From a virus: a DNA stretch of 64,000 bases. This document shows positions 8,382 through 16,733 of this stretch, piece by piece; the first letter of the stretch is position 1, and each line of letters begins with the position of its first letter. The stretch spans positions 5,028 to 69,027 of the IMG/VR virus record IMGVR_UViG_3300050014_000916; one strand, written 5' to 3'. Both the position numbers and the translations under genes were made by a program. The notes beneath the pieces are model-generated. The model was not told the DNA's origin and ran no database searches. It saw only the letters and a list, made by a program, of their open reading frames with translations.

Positions 8382-8729
8382 TTATATAAAATAATCTTTA
8401 TTTTCAAATTTTGTTTTTGCATCATCCAAATACTCAATGTCATCGTTTGCAACTACAAGACCCTGAAGACCCTTAATATCATTTGCTTTCCAGAGAAAAA
8501 TAGTACAATATACTATTTCATTAAGAAACTCCACAAATCCTTTATAAATACCCTCTTCTTTTGGAATCTCCTTAAAGAAAGAAAAAATATTATAACCTGC
8601 TTTGTCTTGCAGTTCCCCATGAAGATAACTAAAAGATATACGTTTCAATTCATCTTCGCCATAACCCATGAGATTTGTTCCTGTTCCGCAGACTTCTGGT
8701 ACTAAGTGATAGAGACCTTCTTCTTTCAT
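8382..8729 (-). CDS. Hypothetical protein
   Basis: 115 aa ORF preceded by TGTAAC-N15-TCGTATAA motif. Confidence 0.55.
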   Translation of the reverse strand: MKEEGLYHLVPEVCGTGTNLMGYGEDELKRISFSYLHGELQDKAGYNIFSFFKEIPKEEGIYKGFVEFLNEIVYCTIFLWKANDIKGLQGLVVANDDIEYLDDAKTKFENKDYFI

Positions 8730-8792
8730 AATTAAGTTTTATTTCTTATACGATTTTTAATTAAAAAGGTTACAGTTTTTACCAAATAAATT

Positions 8793-8876
8793 TGGTCCTC
8801 AAGGCGGGACTTGAACCCGCACGCCTTTCGACACTGGTTTTTGAAACCAGCAAGTCTACCATTCCATCACTTGAGG
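8793..8876 (-). tRNA. tRNA-Leu(CAA), encoded CCA
   Basis: CCTCAAG/CTTGAGG, CTGGT-TTCAAAA-ACCAG, class II variable arm. Confidence 0.92.
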
Positions 8877-8880
8877 TTAA

Positions 8881-9042
8881 TTATAAATCTCGTTCCTTAT
8901 AATAACGAAACTTCGCTACTTTCTTCTTTGTTACTTTGTATGCAGCAGCAACAGCGCATGCAGTTGATGAACCAAGTCCACCCTGATCATATATCTCCTG
9001 ATCTGCAGTTCTTAGATCAACTTTCTTTGGAAGTTTTTTCAT
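8881..9042 (-). CDS. 53-aa papain N-terminal fragment homolog (catalytic Cys replaced by Ser)
   Basis: Manual translation MKKLPKKVDLRTADQEIYDQGGLGSSTACAVAAAYKVTKKKVAKFRYYKERDL. Confidence 0.6.
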   Translation of the reverse strand: MKKLPKKVDLRTADQEIYDQGGLGSSTACAVAAAYKVTKKKVAKFRYYKERDL

Positions 9043-9129
9043 TTCCTTTTCTTTATTATTTTCTTAACAGCTACTCTTCTTGGGTCTACGGCTTTAAGCG
9101 GTTTACCACAGCAGTTGCTGGTTTTGTTA

Positions 9130-9324
9130 TTATTCTTTACGTCTGCCATAATCAATTTTTTGATCTTCATTAACTCTGGTAGTTGCCATACCATCATTAT
9201 GATATAATGTACCTTCTTTTTGTGCTCTGTAAATATCTTCAGGTTCAGTTATTTGGTACAGATCACCCCAACCATCTTCTTCGTAGAACCCTTCATCCAG
9301 CCAATTCCTAAATAGTAAACCCAT
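9130..9324 (-). CDS. Hypothetical protein
   Basis: 64 aa ORF in minus-strand run. Confidence 0.5.
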   Translation of the reverse strand: MGLLFRNWLDEGFYEEDGWGDLYQITEPEDIYRAQKEGTLYHNDGMATTRVNEDQKIDYGRRKE

Positions 9325-9328
9325 TTTA

Positions 9329-9589
9329 TTAAAATATTAAAGATTTTCCAAAATTATCATTTTCATTTAACATCATTTTACCTTTAACAATTAAGTCACG
9401 TTTTATTCTGTCAAGAACCAAGCAGCAAATATTGCCTTTATCTTCTCTATAATATCTAAGAAATTCTTTACGTTCTTCTCTTGAAGCCAACCGAATAATT
9501 TCTTTTGCCTCTGCGTGACAATCTTTTCGAATTTCTTTCTTGATTGCCACAATACATTCTTCGTATAATATATCAAGTGGTATTTTCAT
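9329..9589 (-). CDS. Hypothetical protein
   Basis: Start reassigned to ATG 9589, outside the tRNA. Confidence 0.5.
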   Translation of the reverse strand: MKIPLDILYEECIVAIKKEIRKDCHAEAKEIIRLASREERKEFLRYYREDKGNICCLVLDRIKRDLIVKGKMMLNENDNFGKSLIF

Positions 9590-9603
9590 ATTATTTTTAT
9601 TTG

Positions 9604-9689
9604 TAGCGAAGATGGGAGTCGAACCCACACGGACATTACTGCCCATAGGTTTTTAAGACCTACATGTCTACCAGTTCCATCACTACGCC
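9604..9689 (-). tRNA. tRNA-Leu(UAA)
   Basis: TAGGT-CTTAAAA-ACCTA, class II arm, T-loop TTCGACT. Confidence 0.9.
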
Positions 9690-10153
9690 ATTTTATCTTT
9701 TCTTGCATTTTTTCCTCTATGTGTTTCTGTTTGACTGTGACAATTAGGACATAACATTTTTAAATTTGGTAACAAGTGATTGGTTCTATTTCCGTCAACA
9801 TGATCTAACTCCATTTCCAATTTTTTTCCATGCCACATACCTTTTTGTCCGCATTCCTCACAAACGTTTTTTTTGTATCCTTCCTTAATTAATCTGTTTT
9901 TTAATTTAAATGTTTGATATTCTGGATGCTTGCCTTCAAATATGATTTCTTCAATTGGTATCATCTTTGAAGGTCTTTTTCGTGTACCCTTTCCTGATTG
10001 ATTTGTTTTATAACAGTTTAAAATTATTGCTCTTCGTTTAAAACTATTGAAATGTATTTTTAATTTTGCAGCAGCTTGCGCCATGCTTGTTGATGTTTTA
10101 CATACAGAAATGAAATCTTTATCATTTATTCTGTCTTTAATTTGTTTTGGCAT
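9683..10153 (-). CDS. HNH homing endonuclease
   Basis: CEECG..ELDHVDGNRTNH..NLKMLCPNCHSQT. Confidence 0.9.
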   Translation of the reverse strand: MPKQIKDRINDKDFISVCKTSTSMAQAAAKLKIHFNSFKRRAIILNCYKTNQSGKGTRKRPSKMIPIEEIIFEGKHPEYQTFKLKNRLIKEGYKKNVCEECGQKGMWHGKKLEMELDHVDGNRTNHLLPNLKMLCPNCHSQTETHRGKNARKDKMA

Positions 10154-10206
10154 AATATTTACTTTTCAATAAATACTACACACTACGGAAAAAGATTTTT
10201 TAGTGT

Positions 10207-10446
10207 TTACCTGTTATCTCTGTCGTAAACATAACCACTTGAAGCATTACCCCAGAAACCGTGTCCATGTGATTGTTCCCATGATGAAATTGATGAATGA
10301 TCACCAAGTGCATCAGAACTCATTCTATCTGCAAAAATTTTATCAACTCTTTTTTGATTTTTTTCTTCAAGTAAATCAGCTACGGTTTTTCCGCATATTA
10401 TGCATTGACCGCCATCAGATTCAAATTTGTGTTTATGCCTTTTCAT
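10207..10446 (-). CDS. Hypothetical protein
   Basis: 79 aa ORF, overlapping start/stop with neighbour. Confidence 0.5.
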   Translation of the reverse strand: MKRHKHKFESDGGQCIICGKTVADLLEEKNQKRVDKIFADRMSSDALGDHSSISSWEQSHGHGFWGNASSGYVYDRDNR

Positions 10447-10751
10447 GATTCTTCAAGTATTATTCTGTTATCGAAACTACCACGATTATATTTTTTGTTT
10501 GCTTTTACTTCTTTGATCTTATCCAGATGAAAGTCATAAAATTTTGCAATTGTTTCAAGCACTTCCATAATATCTGCAAATTCATCTACACTTGGTTTCT
10601 CTTTAAACTCACTTATTTCTTCTTGAAGTTTTTCGTAAAGTTTTGTAAGAAATTCTGTATCATCTTTTGCAATGTGATATTTATAACCTGAACCTGACTT
10701 TTTAATGATTTTGAGAATCTTATCTCTAACCAGTTTATTATAAGTTGTCAT
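10443..10751 (-). CDS. MazG-like nucleoside triphosphate pyrophosphohydrolase (PRA-PH-like)
   Basis: YNKLVRDKI..KLQEEISE..EFADIMEV..RGSF. Confidence 0.85.
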   Translation of the reverse strand: MTTYNKLVRDKILKIIKKSGSGYKYHIAKDDTEFLTKLYEKLQEEISEFKEKPSVDEFADIMEVLETIAKFYDFHLDKIKEVKANKKYNRGSFDNRIILEES

Positions 10752-11176
10752 GCGCTTAACAAATGTTTAAAATCACCCCCATTATATAAATCGAACGCAG
10801 TTCCCTGTCCGTACATTAATCTGAAATAATAACCTTTGAAGAACCATATATCTGTGCCAAACATGTTTTCAAGTTGTGGAACACTTATTGTGTCATAATT
10901 ATGACTTATATAGTCAATAAGAAAGGATAATTTATGGTTTGGATATGGCTCATATCCATTATGATAACATTTTTCTCGCCATTCTTCACCATGTTCCAGT
11001 ATTAATCTGTACATCAATGCTTCAAAGTCATTGTGTTTTAACCATTCTTCAAAACGAGCAAAACGTTTGAGTTTAAGTTCTTGCTTCTGTTTTTCTTTTT
11101 CGAAAAAAGCAATACCTTCTGGAGATTTTATGAAATCATCCAGTGCTTTTTCCATCTTTTTATAATCCAAGCTCAT
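10748..11176 (-). CDS. Hypothetical protein
   Basis: 142 aa ORF, coupled to neighbours. Confidence 0.55.
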   Translation of the reverse strand: MSLDYKKMEKALDDFIKSPEGIAFFEKEKQKQELKLKRFARFEEWLKHNDFEALMYRLILEHGEEWREKCYHNGYEPYPNHKLSFLIDYISHNYDTISVPQLENMFGTDIWFFKGYYFRLMYGQGTAFDLYNGGDFKHLLSA

Positions 11177-11631
11177 TTTGTTTTGTATTTTTTTTGTACT
11201 CTTTCGATTAGCTTAAAAACATAATTTTTACAAAACAATACAGTTAATTCTGCTTGCCAGTCAAGGTCTGGTAAATATTTTTCACTATACGGAATAAATG
11301 TATGTGCATAATCAACTAAAAGTTTAGTGATTTCATCTACTTTTATTTCTGCAAGAACTCTTTCTCTGGTTAATCCTCTCCAATTATCCTCTTTTATTTC
11401 ATAATCATAAATGATTGTACAATCACCATGTTCACTATCACTATTGATTATATTATGTACAATTCTTCTTATCACAGGAAAAATCATTGTTTCTACTAAT
11501 AATTCATCATCGTTTTTATAATAAGGTAGTGAATTAATCTCTACCTCATTAAAATGTTTTTCAACGATTTCACGAGTAGTATTCGTTAATCCTTCCAATA
11601 ATCCAGTTTGTTCCCAATTTCTTTTTTCCAT
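11173..11631 (-). CDS. Protein resembling the major capsid protein N-terminus
   Basis: WEQTGLLEGL..FPVIRRI vs capsid WEKIGLLEGL..FPVIRRV. Confidence 0.6.
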   Translation of the reverse strand: MEKRNWEQTGLLEGLTNTTREIVEKHFNEVEINSLPYYKNDDELLVETMIFPVIRRIVHNIINSDSEHGDCTIIYDYEIKEDNWRGLTRERVLAEIKVDEITKLLVDYAHTFIPYSEKYLPDLDWQAELTVLFCKNYVFKLIERVQKKYKTK

Positions 11632-11645
11632 AACACATTTATTTG

Positions 11646-12000
11646 TGGAGGTATGGGGAGTCGAACCCCGTCCAAATATGTGAACAATACGTTTTCTACA
11701 AGTTTATTCAGATTTTCAAATCTAACAAAATATTAACATTTGTACGCAACTGTTATCAAACCGACCAATTTTTAACCTTCTTCGGTGGAAAGGTTCTTTG
11801 TTGTATTTGCTATTTCTTAAGCTGCTATTTCGAGTTCAACATTCTCTGAAACGAAGCTACCTCTTGTTAAAGAAGTGGGAAGGGACATAACGTCCTCTGA
11901 ATTAATTGCATTTATATTCTCGAACATGTTTAAAGCGAATATTCAACCGCTACTTGCTTACTATACCATTCGGTCACACTGTCAAAACCAAATTACCCCC
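11646..12000 (-). ncRNA. ssrA: tmRNA
   Basis: 5' GGGGGTAATTTGGTTTTGAC; 3' GGACGGGGTTCGACTCCCCATACCTCCA; G3-U70; tag ORF 11817-11909 ending ELEIAA-stop. Confidence 0.92.
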
Positions 12001-12019
12001 AATTATTTTCAATGAACAT

Positions 12020-12697
12020 TTATTTATACCTACTTCCGATTTTAATTATTTTCTCATTAGTATTATAAATTAAATTCTCAATTTGATTTACATCAATATA
12101 ATCATTTTCGTCAATCCTAATCAACCTATATTCATTTGCCATACACCATTCTTCCAAGCATTTATCTTTAACTTGTTTGTCTCTTAATTGACCTTTAATA
12201 TCTTTAAAATGCCAAATTCCATCATATTCAAAACAAATCTTTAATAAATCGGAGTATAAATCTCTAACAATACCAACATCGTTATATTTTATTCTTCCCC
12301 CAGTTTTCCATTCATGTTCTGGATGTTTTGATTTAAAAAATTTACAAATTGTTCTTTCATTTTTTGATGAAAAAATTTTATTTGTACAATATGTTTTATT
12401 ATCATATGAGCCATTCCTCCACGCAAGTTTTATTCTTTCACTGCTTGTCTTTCCGATCTTTTCTTTAGATTGTTTAGTATGTTTTTTACCGTAAAAAGTT
12501 GCATTTTCTTTAATAATTCCCTTATTCCACGCAGTGAAGCCAGTCATTCCCTTATTCCAAGGAATTTTACCTCCAGAATAGTTCTTATGAGTATTAAAGT
12601 TTTTGCCCTCATCAGTATGTACTCTCCACTTATGAACTTTTATGCCTTTATAACTACATACTTTACCACAGATTTCACAAACCAGATTTAATTCCAT
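12020..12697 (-). CDS. C2H2 + NUMOD3 + PD-(D/E)xK homing endonuclease
   Basis: CEICGK..H..H; PWNKG repeats; RDLYSDLLKICFEYDGIWH. Confidence 0.75.
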   Translation of the reverse strand: MELNLVCEICGKVCSYKGIKVHKWRVHTDEGKNFNTHKNYSGGKIPWNKGMTGFTAWNKGIIKENATFYGKKHTKQSKEKIGKTSSERIKLAWRNGSYDNKTYCTNKIFSSKNERTICKFFKSKHPEHEWKTGGRIKYNDVGIVRDLYSDLLKICFEYDGIWHFKDIKGQLRDKQVKDKCLEEWCMANEYRLIRIDENDYIDVNQIENLIYNTNEKIIKIGSRYK

Positions 12698-12717
12698 TTA
12701 TTTTTAAAGAACGTTAA

Positions 12718-12918
12718 TTAAATATGACTACCATCACTTAAAGATATTCCATGACGTAGACCCCTGATGAAATCTTCAGCAGTATTTTCCCTACTGGTAT
12801 ATTGTCCAAGAATCATACCAATTTCATTACCAATGTCTGAAAGATCACCACTGTCTGCTGGTTTCATTACTCCGAATGAAGTCCAAAGTCTTTCTCTTAT
12901 TTCGTCAAAATTTTCCAT
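12718..12918 (-). CDS. Hypothetical protein
   Basis: 66 aa ORF. Confidence 0.5.
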   Translation of the reverse strand: MENFDEIRERLWTSFGVMKPADSGDLSDIGNEIGMILGQYTSRENTAEDFIRGLRHGISLSDGSHI

Positions 12919-13160
12919 TTCGTTTTAAAATATTTTTCAAATTCTCGTGCATCAATAAAAGTAATCTGCTCAAAACCCCTGCCTATCATTAAACCTATAA
13001 GTAAATACTTAGGCTTTTTCATTCCCATTAGAGAAAATTCTTCAAATACAAAGTTCTGTGTTTGTTTGATATCAACCAGACATTTAACCACGTAATTCTT
13101 ACCTTGTTTTCTGACGAATCTTGCTGGTATTATTTGTATTTTTTCAACTTCTTTTATCAT
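12897..13160 (-). CDS. Hypothetical protein
   Basis: 87 aa ORF; TATCTTTG promoter box ~13195. Confidence 0.5.
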   Translation of the reverse strand: MIKEVEKIQIIPARFVRKQGKNYVVKCLVDIKQTQNFVFEEFSLMGMKKPKYLLIGLMIGRGFEQITFIDAREFEKYFKTKWKILTK

Positions 13161-13244
13161 TAGCTATTTAACCATTTAATAAAACTTTCATATGCAAAGA
13201 TAATCTGTTTTTTGATATCTGCAAAGAAATTCTCTACAACATTT

Positions 13245-13976
13245 TCATTTCTTTACTTCTTTATCTTTTCTGAAACTATATTTATCAAAACCGTGTTGAG
13301 CGATCTTATACTTATCCTGTACTTCAATTATTTCCTTTTCACCTTTTCCAAGTACACCACCTAAGAACATCGAAAGTTCTTGAAATGCTATAAAAGTATC
13401 AAATACTCTAAAAAAATCATATTCTTTTAAAAGAGGATTAACTACGAATGCAGATTTCCTGTCATTAGCCATGTATAGCCTATCATAATCACCGTCATAA
13501 ACGAATACTGGTGCATTAAATTTTCTAAAAAGTTCAATTGCATTATATTTTTGAATATAATCCACACTATCAGCCATATTATGACGATATCCCTTTACAT
13601 TAACGTATTTCTGCAATTCATCAAAATCATATGTGATATAAGTTTGCAAAACCGAATTAAAAGGAAATTCCAATTGTTTCTTTTCAAAATGAAGTTTCCA
13701 GCCGATATAAAGTTTACCACAGAAACCCACAATAAAACTACCGTATCTTTGATATTTAAGAACATTCTTTAATTTACCCATACGTTTCATTTCATAATGA
13801 TTTGGGTCGTGAAAGGGATTATAGTCACCATATGCTTGAGTACTGCGAAATTCCTGTGGAAAATCCCGTGCATCATCAAATACTGTTGTTTCACGAACAT
13901 ACACAATGGTCTTATCAACACCCACTGTGCCGATAACACCATCATAATAATCTTTTCTTTTTGAAACTATATGCAT
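13245..13976 (-). CDS. Conserved-type phage hypothetical protein
   Basis: 243 aa ORF (KDYYD..GFCGK..HGFD..SFR). Confidence 0.65.
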   Translation of the reverse strand: MHIVSKRKDYYDGVIGTVGVDKTIVYVRETTVFDDARDFPQEFRSTQAYGDYNPFHDPNHYEMKRMGKLKNVLKYQRYGSFIVGFCGKLYIGWKLHFEKKQLEFPFNSVLQTYITYDFDELQKYVNVKGYRHNMADSVDYIQKYNAIELFRKFNAPVFVYDGDYDRLYMANDRKSAFVVNPLLKEYDFFRVFDTFIAFQELSMFLGGVLGKGEKEIIEVQDKYKIAQHGFDKYSFRKDKEVKK

Positions 13977-14035
13977 AATGAGACAAAATTAGTTTTTTTA
14001 TTTAATAAAAACAAGAAATATCAGAAATTAATGTT

Positions 14036-14419
14036 TTATCTGACTTTCTTCCAGACATAATCACTACAATCCATCGTCCAGACAGTTATTCCAAGGTCAT
14101 TGGCATCTTGTATTAAGATATTAACGAATCTCTGGTCTTTTATACCATCAATAAGTAATAAAATACCTGCTTTTTTATGTAATTTTAAAGCGTAATGATG
14201 TGATTGACCGATACTTTCTGCCCATTTGTGTGCAAAGTCTACTTCAATTGCAAATGTATCAGTTACAATGTCTGCACGAGTCCTGTCATCCAGAACCACT
14301 TCAGTTCTGCCATGAAGTATTTCAGCAAAGTAGTTTTGATAAAACTTCTCAGGTTGATGTTTCTGACTGAAACCTAATGTGGATACAAGTATAAATGATA
14401 ATGTCAATATTGTTTTCAT
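14036..14419 (-). CDS. Signal-peptide protein with PD-(D/E)xK-like fold
   Basis: MKTILTLSFILVSTLGFSQ; RADIVTDTFAIEVDFAHKWAESIGQ. Confidence 0.55.
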   Translation of the reverse strand: MKTILTLSFILVSTLGFSQKHQPEKFYQNYFAEILHGRTEVVLDDRTRADIVTDTFAIEVDFAHKWAESIGQSHHYALKLHKKAGILLLIDGIKDQRFVNILIQDANDLGITVWTMDCSDYVWKKVR

Positions 14420-14599
14420 AACCACTTATACGAAGATCAAGTAAAAAGGTTACAAAAAATTACATGAATTTCTGAAGTGGTAGTGTACTACTAACTGATA
14501 TTGCTCTTGGGTACTTTCGCCCTCAGTGGTGGTCGATGTTCCTTTGGAGAGAACGGTGACCTGCAGTACATACCTGCGATTTTTACTATTGTCTCATTG

Positions 14600-14678
14600 C
14601 ACGGCTGGCTCGAATCGAACAAGCACACCTTTCGGCACAATTTTGGAGATTGCTTACCTCACCAATGGATGCAGCCGT
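14600..14678 (-). tRNA. tRNA-Trp(CCA) with long variable arm
   Basis: ACGGCTG/CAGCCGT-G73, GCAAT-CTCCAAA-ATTGT, variable hairpin GCC-GAAA-GGT. Confidence 0.8.
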
Positions 14679-15463
14679 ATTTATTATCCCATTCAATAAT
14701 TCTACTATTTAATTCTTCTGAAGTAATTGAGCATGCTTTCCATTTACTCGAATTTTCATTATGTATCATTAATTGACAATTAGCAGGATGTTTAATTATT
14801 TCAGGACTTATATTATTTTCATATCCATATTTTACAGAAATCATATGGTCTCTACTAACACCATTTAAATTATTGCCATGATTTTTTGCTTGATACCAAC
14901 CATATTCTTTAATTAAATTAAAATTAAATTCATTGGGATAATCCGATAGATTAAATTTAAATTGACATTCTTTATAATATTTTTGATATTCAGTTAGATT
15001 CTTTCTATCATATATTTTTTTTACATTCAATCGAACAAAATTTCCAATTTCTTTTGCCAAATGAAAGAATTTTATTACATTCAATGCAATAATTAGGATT
15101 AATATAATATTCTTGTGTGTTATATCTTTTATTATTAGCATTAAGAATATTTTTCATTCCTTGTTCAGTATATACTCTTTCTTTACATGTTCTCATTCTA
15201 TTATTATATGATGCTGAACATTTATGTGAACAAAAAGCAGTTTTTATATTATCTCCAATAAATTCAGAACCACAAAACTTACATTTTTTAGTAAGATTAA
15301 AACTATTTTTTTTTCGATAATCTTTATTACATTTAATTGAACAAAAATGTTTTTTATTGTTTTTTTCACTTCGATTAAATTCAGATTCGGTTTTTTTAAA
15401 TATGTTTTGGCAATTTGCACAAACCACATCAATTAATTTTCTTCCCATTTTCCAATTTTTCAT
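14659..15463 (-). pseudogene. Zn-finger HNH-type endonuclease split by a frameshift at an A8 run (15015-15022)
   Basis: ORFs 15008-15463 and 14659-15141 join if one A is removed; SRDHM..HPANC..HNENSSK. Confidence 0.65.
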
Positions 15464-15537
15464 AATAATTACTTTTACATAAATACTATGAAAAATCTGA
15501 AAAGTGGAGAAGTTTGCTATCGAATCCTATTGTTTAG

Positions 15538-15609
15538 TGGAGCATGGGGGAGTCGAACCCCGAACATCTGAGTGACAGTCAGATATGTTAGCCATTACAC
15601 CACAGCCTC
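15538..15609 (-). tRNA. tRNA-Asp(GUC) with mispaired acceptor stem
   Basis: TCTGA-CTGTCAC-TCAGA; 5' GAGGCTG does not pair fully with 3' ATGCTCC. Confidence 0.65.
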
Positions 15610-15621
15610 GAAAATTAAAAG

Positions 15622-15699
15622 CGGACATAGAGGAATTCGAATCCTCGTTTTTGTGGGGTGACAACCCAAATCCCGCACGCCAGTCGAGCACATATGTCC
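15622..15699 (-). tRNA. tRNA-Asp(GUC)
   Basis: GGACATA/TATGTCC-G73, loop TTGTCAC. Confidence 0.8.
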
Positions 15700-15707
15700 A
15701 AAATTCG

Positions 15708-15783
15708 CAGTCCTGACAGGATTTGAACCTGCAACCCCCTCCCGAATCTGAGAGGGATTCACACCCGTATAAACTACAGGACT
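15708..15783 (-). tRNA. tRNA-like RNA with non-canonical anticodon loop
   Basis: AGTCCTG/CAGGACT-G73, normal T-arm, anticodon arm CCCTCTC-AGATTC-GGGAGGG (6-nt loop). Confidence 0.65.
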
Positions 15784-15789
15784 ATAAAG

Positions 15790-15865
15790 CGGTGCTGAAG
15801 GTATTCGAAACCTCCTGATCTCATGAGTGACAGTCATGCGTCCACACCAAGCAGACCCCAGCACC
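15790..15865 (-). tRNA. tRNA-Asp(GUC)
   Basis: GGTGCTG/CAGCACC-G73, CATGA-CTGTCAC-TCATG. Confidence 0.85.
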
Positions 15866-15905
15866 AAATTTCCAACATGTCAAAGAACCTCTACAACCAC
15901 AAAAC

Positions 15906-15939
15906 AAAAAACCCGACTGGATTTAGGACAGTCGGGTTT
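15906..15939 (-). terminator. Attenuator terminator 2
   Basis: AAACCCGACTG-TCCTAAATC-CAGTCGGGTTT + T tract. Confidence 0.85.
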
Positions 15940-15976
15940 CTTTTTTATAAGAAAGGAGGTTGTAATATTCGTTGTA

Positions 15977-16069
15977 TTACCCGACTGTATATAGCTTATC
16001 CTCTTCGGCTGCCCATAATAGGACATCCACCATGAGGACTGCTACCAATATGTCGAATAAATTTTTCAT
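15977..16069 (-). CDS. Leader peptide MKNLFDILVAVLMVDVLLWAAEEDKLYTVG
   Basis: Manual translation; ends in ACAGTCGGGT (15979-15988), complementary to terminator 5' arm. Confidence 0.75.
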   Translation of the reverse strand: MKNLFDILVAVLMVDVLLWAAEEDKLYTVG

Positions 16070-16113
16070 CGTTTTTCTTTTAAATTTGTTTGTCTTTCTA
16101 TTTAAATACTTTG

Positions 16114-16143
16114 CAAAGATAATAAAGTTTTCTGATTTCCAAA
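16114..16143 (-). promoter_or_regulatory. Bacteroidota sigma70-type promoter for leader 2
   Basis: TATCTTTG at 16114-16121, TTTG at 16140-16143. Confidence 0.65.
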
Positions 16144-16175
16144 CATTTTTTCAATTATTTTTAAAAAAAATTAAA

Positions 16176-16403
16176 TTATTTCTTATTTTTTCTAAATGTC
16201 ACTGCTTTTTTACCATTAATAGTTGGCATACCATGCTCGTCTTTTCCTATTGTCTTTACTACTGTTGGTGAATTTTTAAATTTGCCCATCATAATAGTGT
16301 CACCCACTTCTACATCAATATTTATATCTTCCGAAATAGGCTTGAAAGTCTTATCCAATTTTGCCATGACTTCAAAAAGTCTTTGTTTATTATTAGATTT
16401 CAT
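16176..16403 (-). CDS. Small protein with QRLFEVM N-terminal leader (probable internal head protein)
   Basis: Shared N-terminal motif; GTATTTAT motif upstream. Confidence 0.6.
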   Translation of the reverse strand: MKSNNKQRLFEVMAKLDKTFKPISEDINIDVEVGDTIMMGKFKNSPTVVKTIGKDEHGMPTINGKKAVTFRKNKK

Positions 16404-16707
16404 ATAATTTAAATTTATAATAAATACGTAAAAATTACTAATAATATAAATGCTTTATTCCTGTCGTATATTTAAATCGTCATATTTTTTTATTAATTTT
16501 GTAATGATTTTATCAATATACTTAAGACGTAGAGCAATTTTAGCTTCCACCTCACTAATGGTTATAATATTTTTCATAGTATTTTATTGTGTTAGGCTTT
16601 TTACTAAAGAACGTAGACATCTAACACTAATAAATACAATTACTGGTGTATATAAAAGTTATATAATTACGATAAAGATTTATACTATTCACACATTTAA
16701 ACAATTG

Positions 16708-16732
16708 AAAAGGGAAGTTTAGCTTCCCTTTT
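16708..16732. terminator. Bidirectional terminator
   Basis: AAAAGGGAAG-TTTAG-CTTCCCTTTT. Confidence 0.65.
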
Positions 16733-16733
16733 A

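Noticed and set aside
7938-12000. Dedicated attenuator for the Leu/CAU tRNAs or tmRNA
   Set aside because: No leader ORF plus terminator/antiterminator pair was found directly upstream of these genes.
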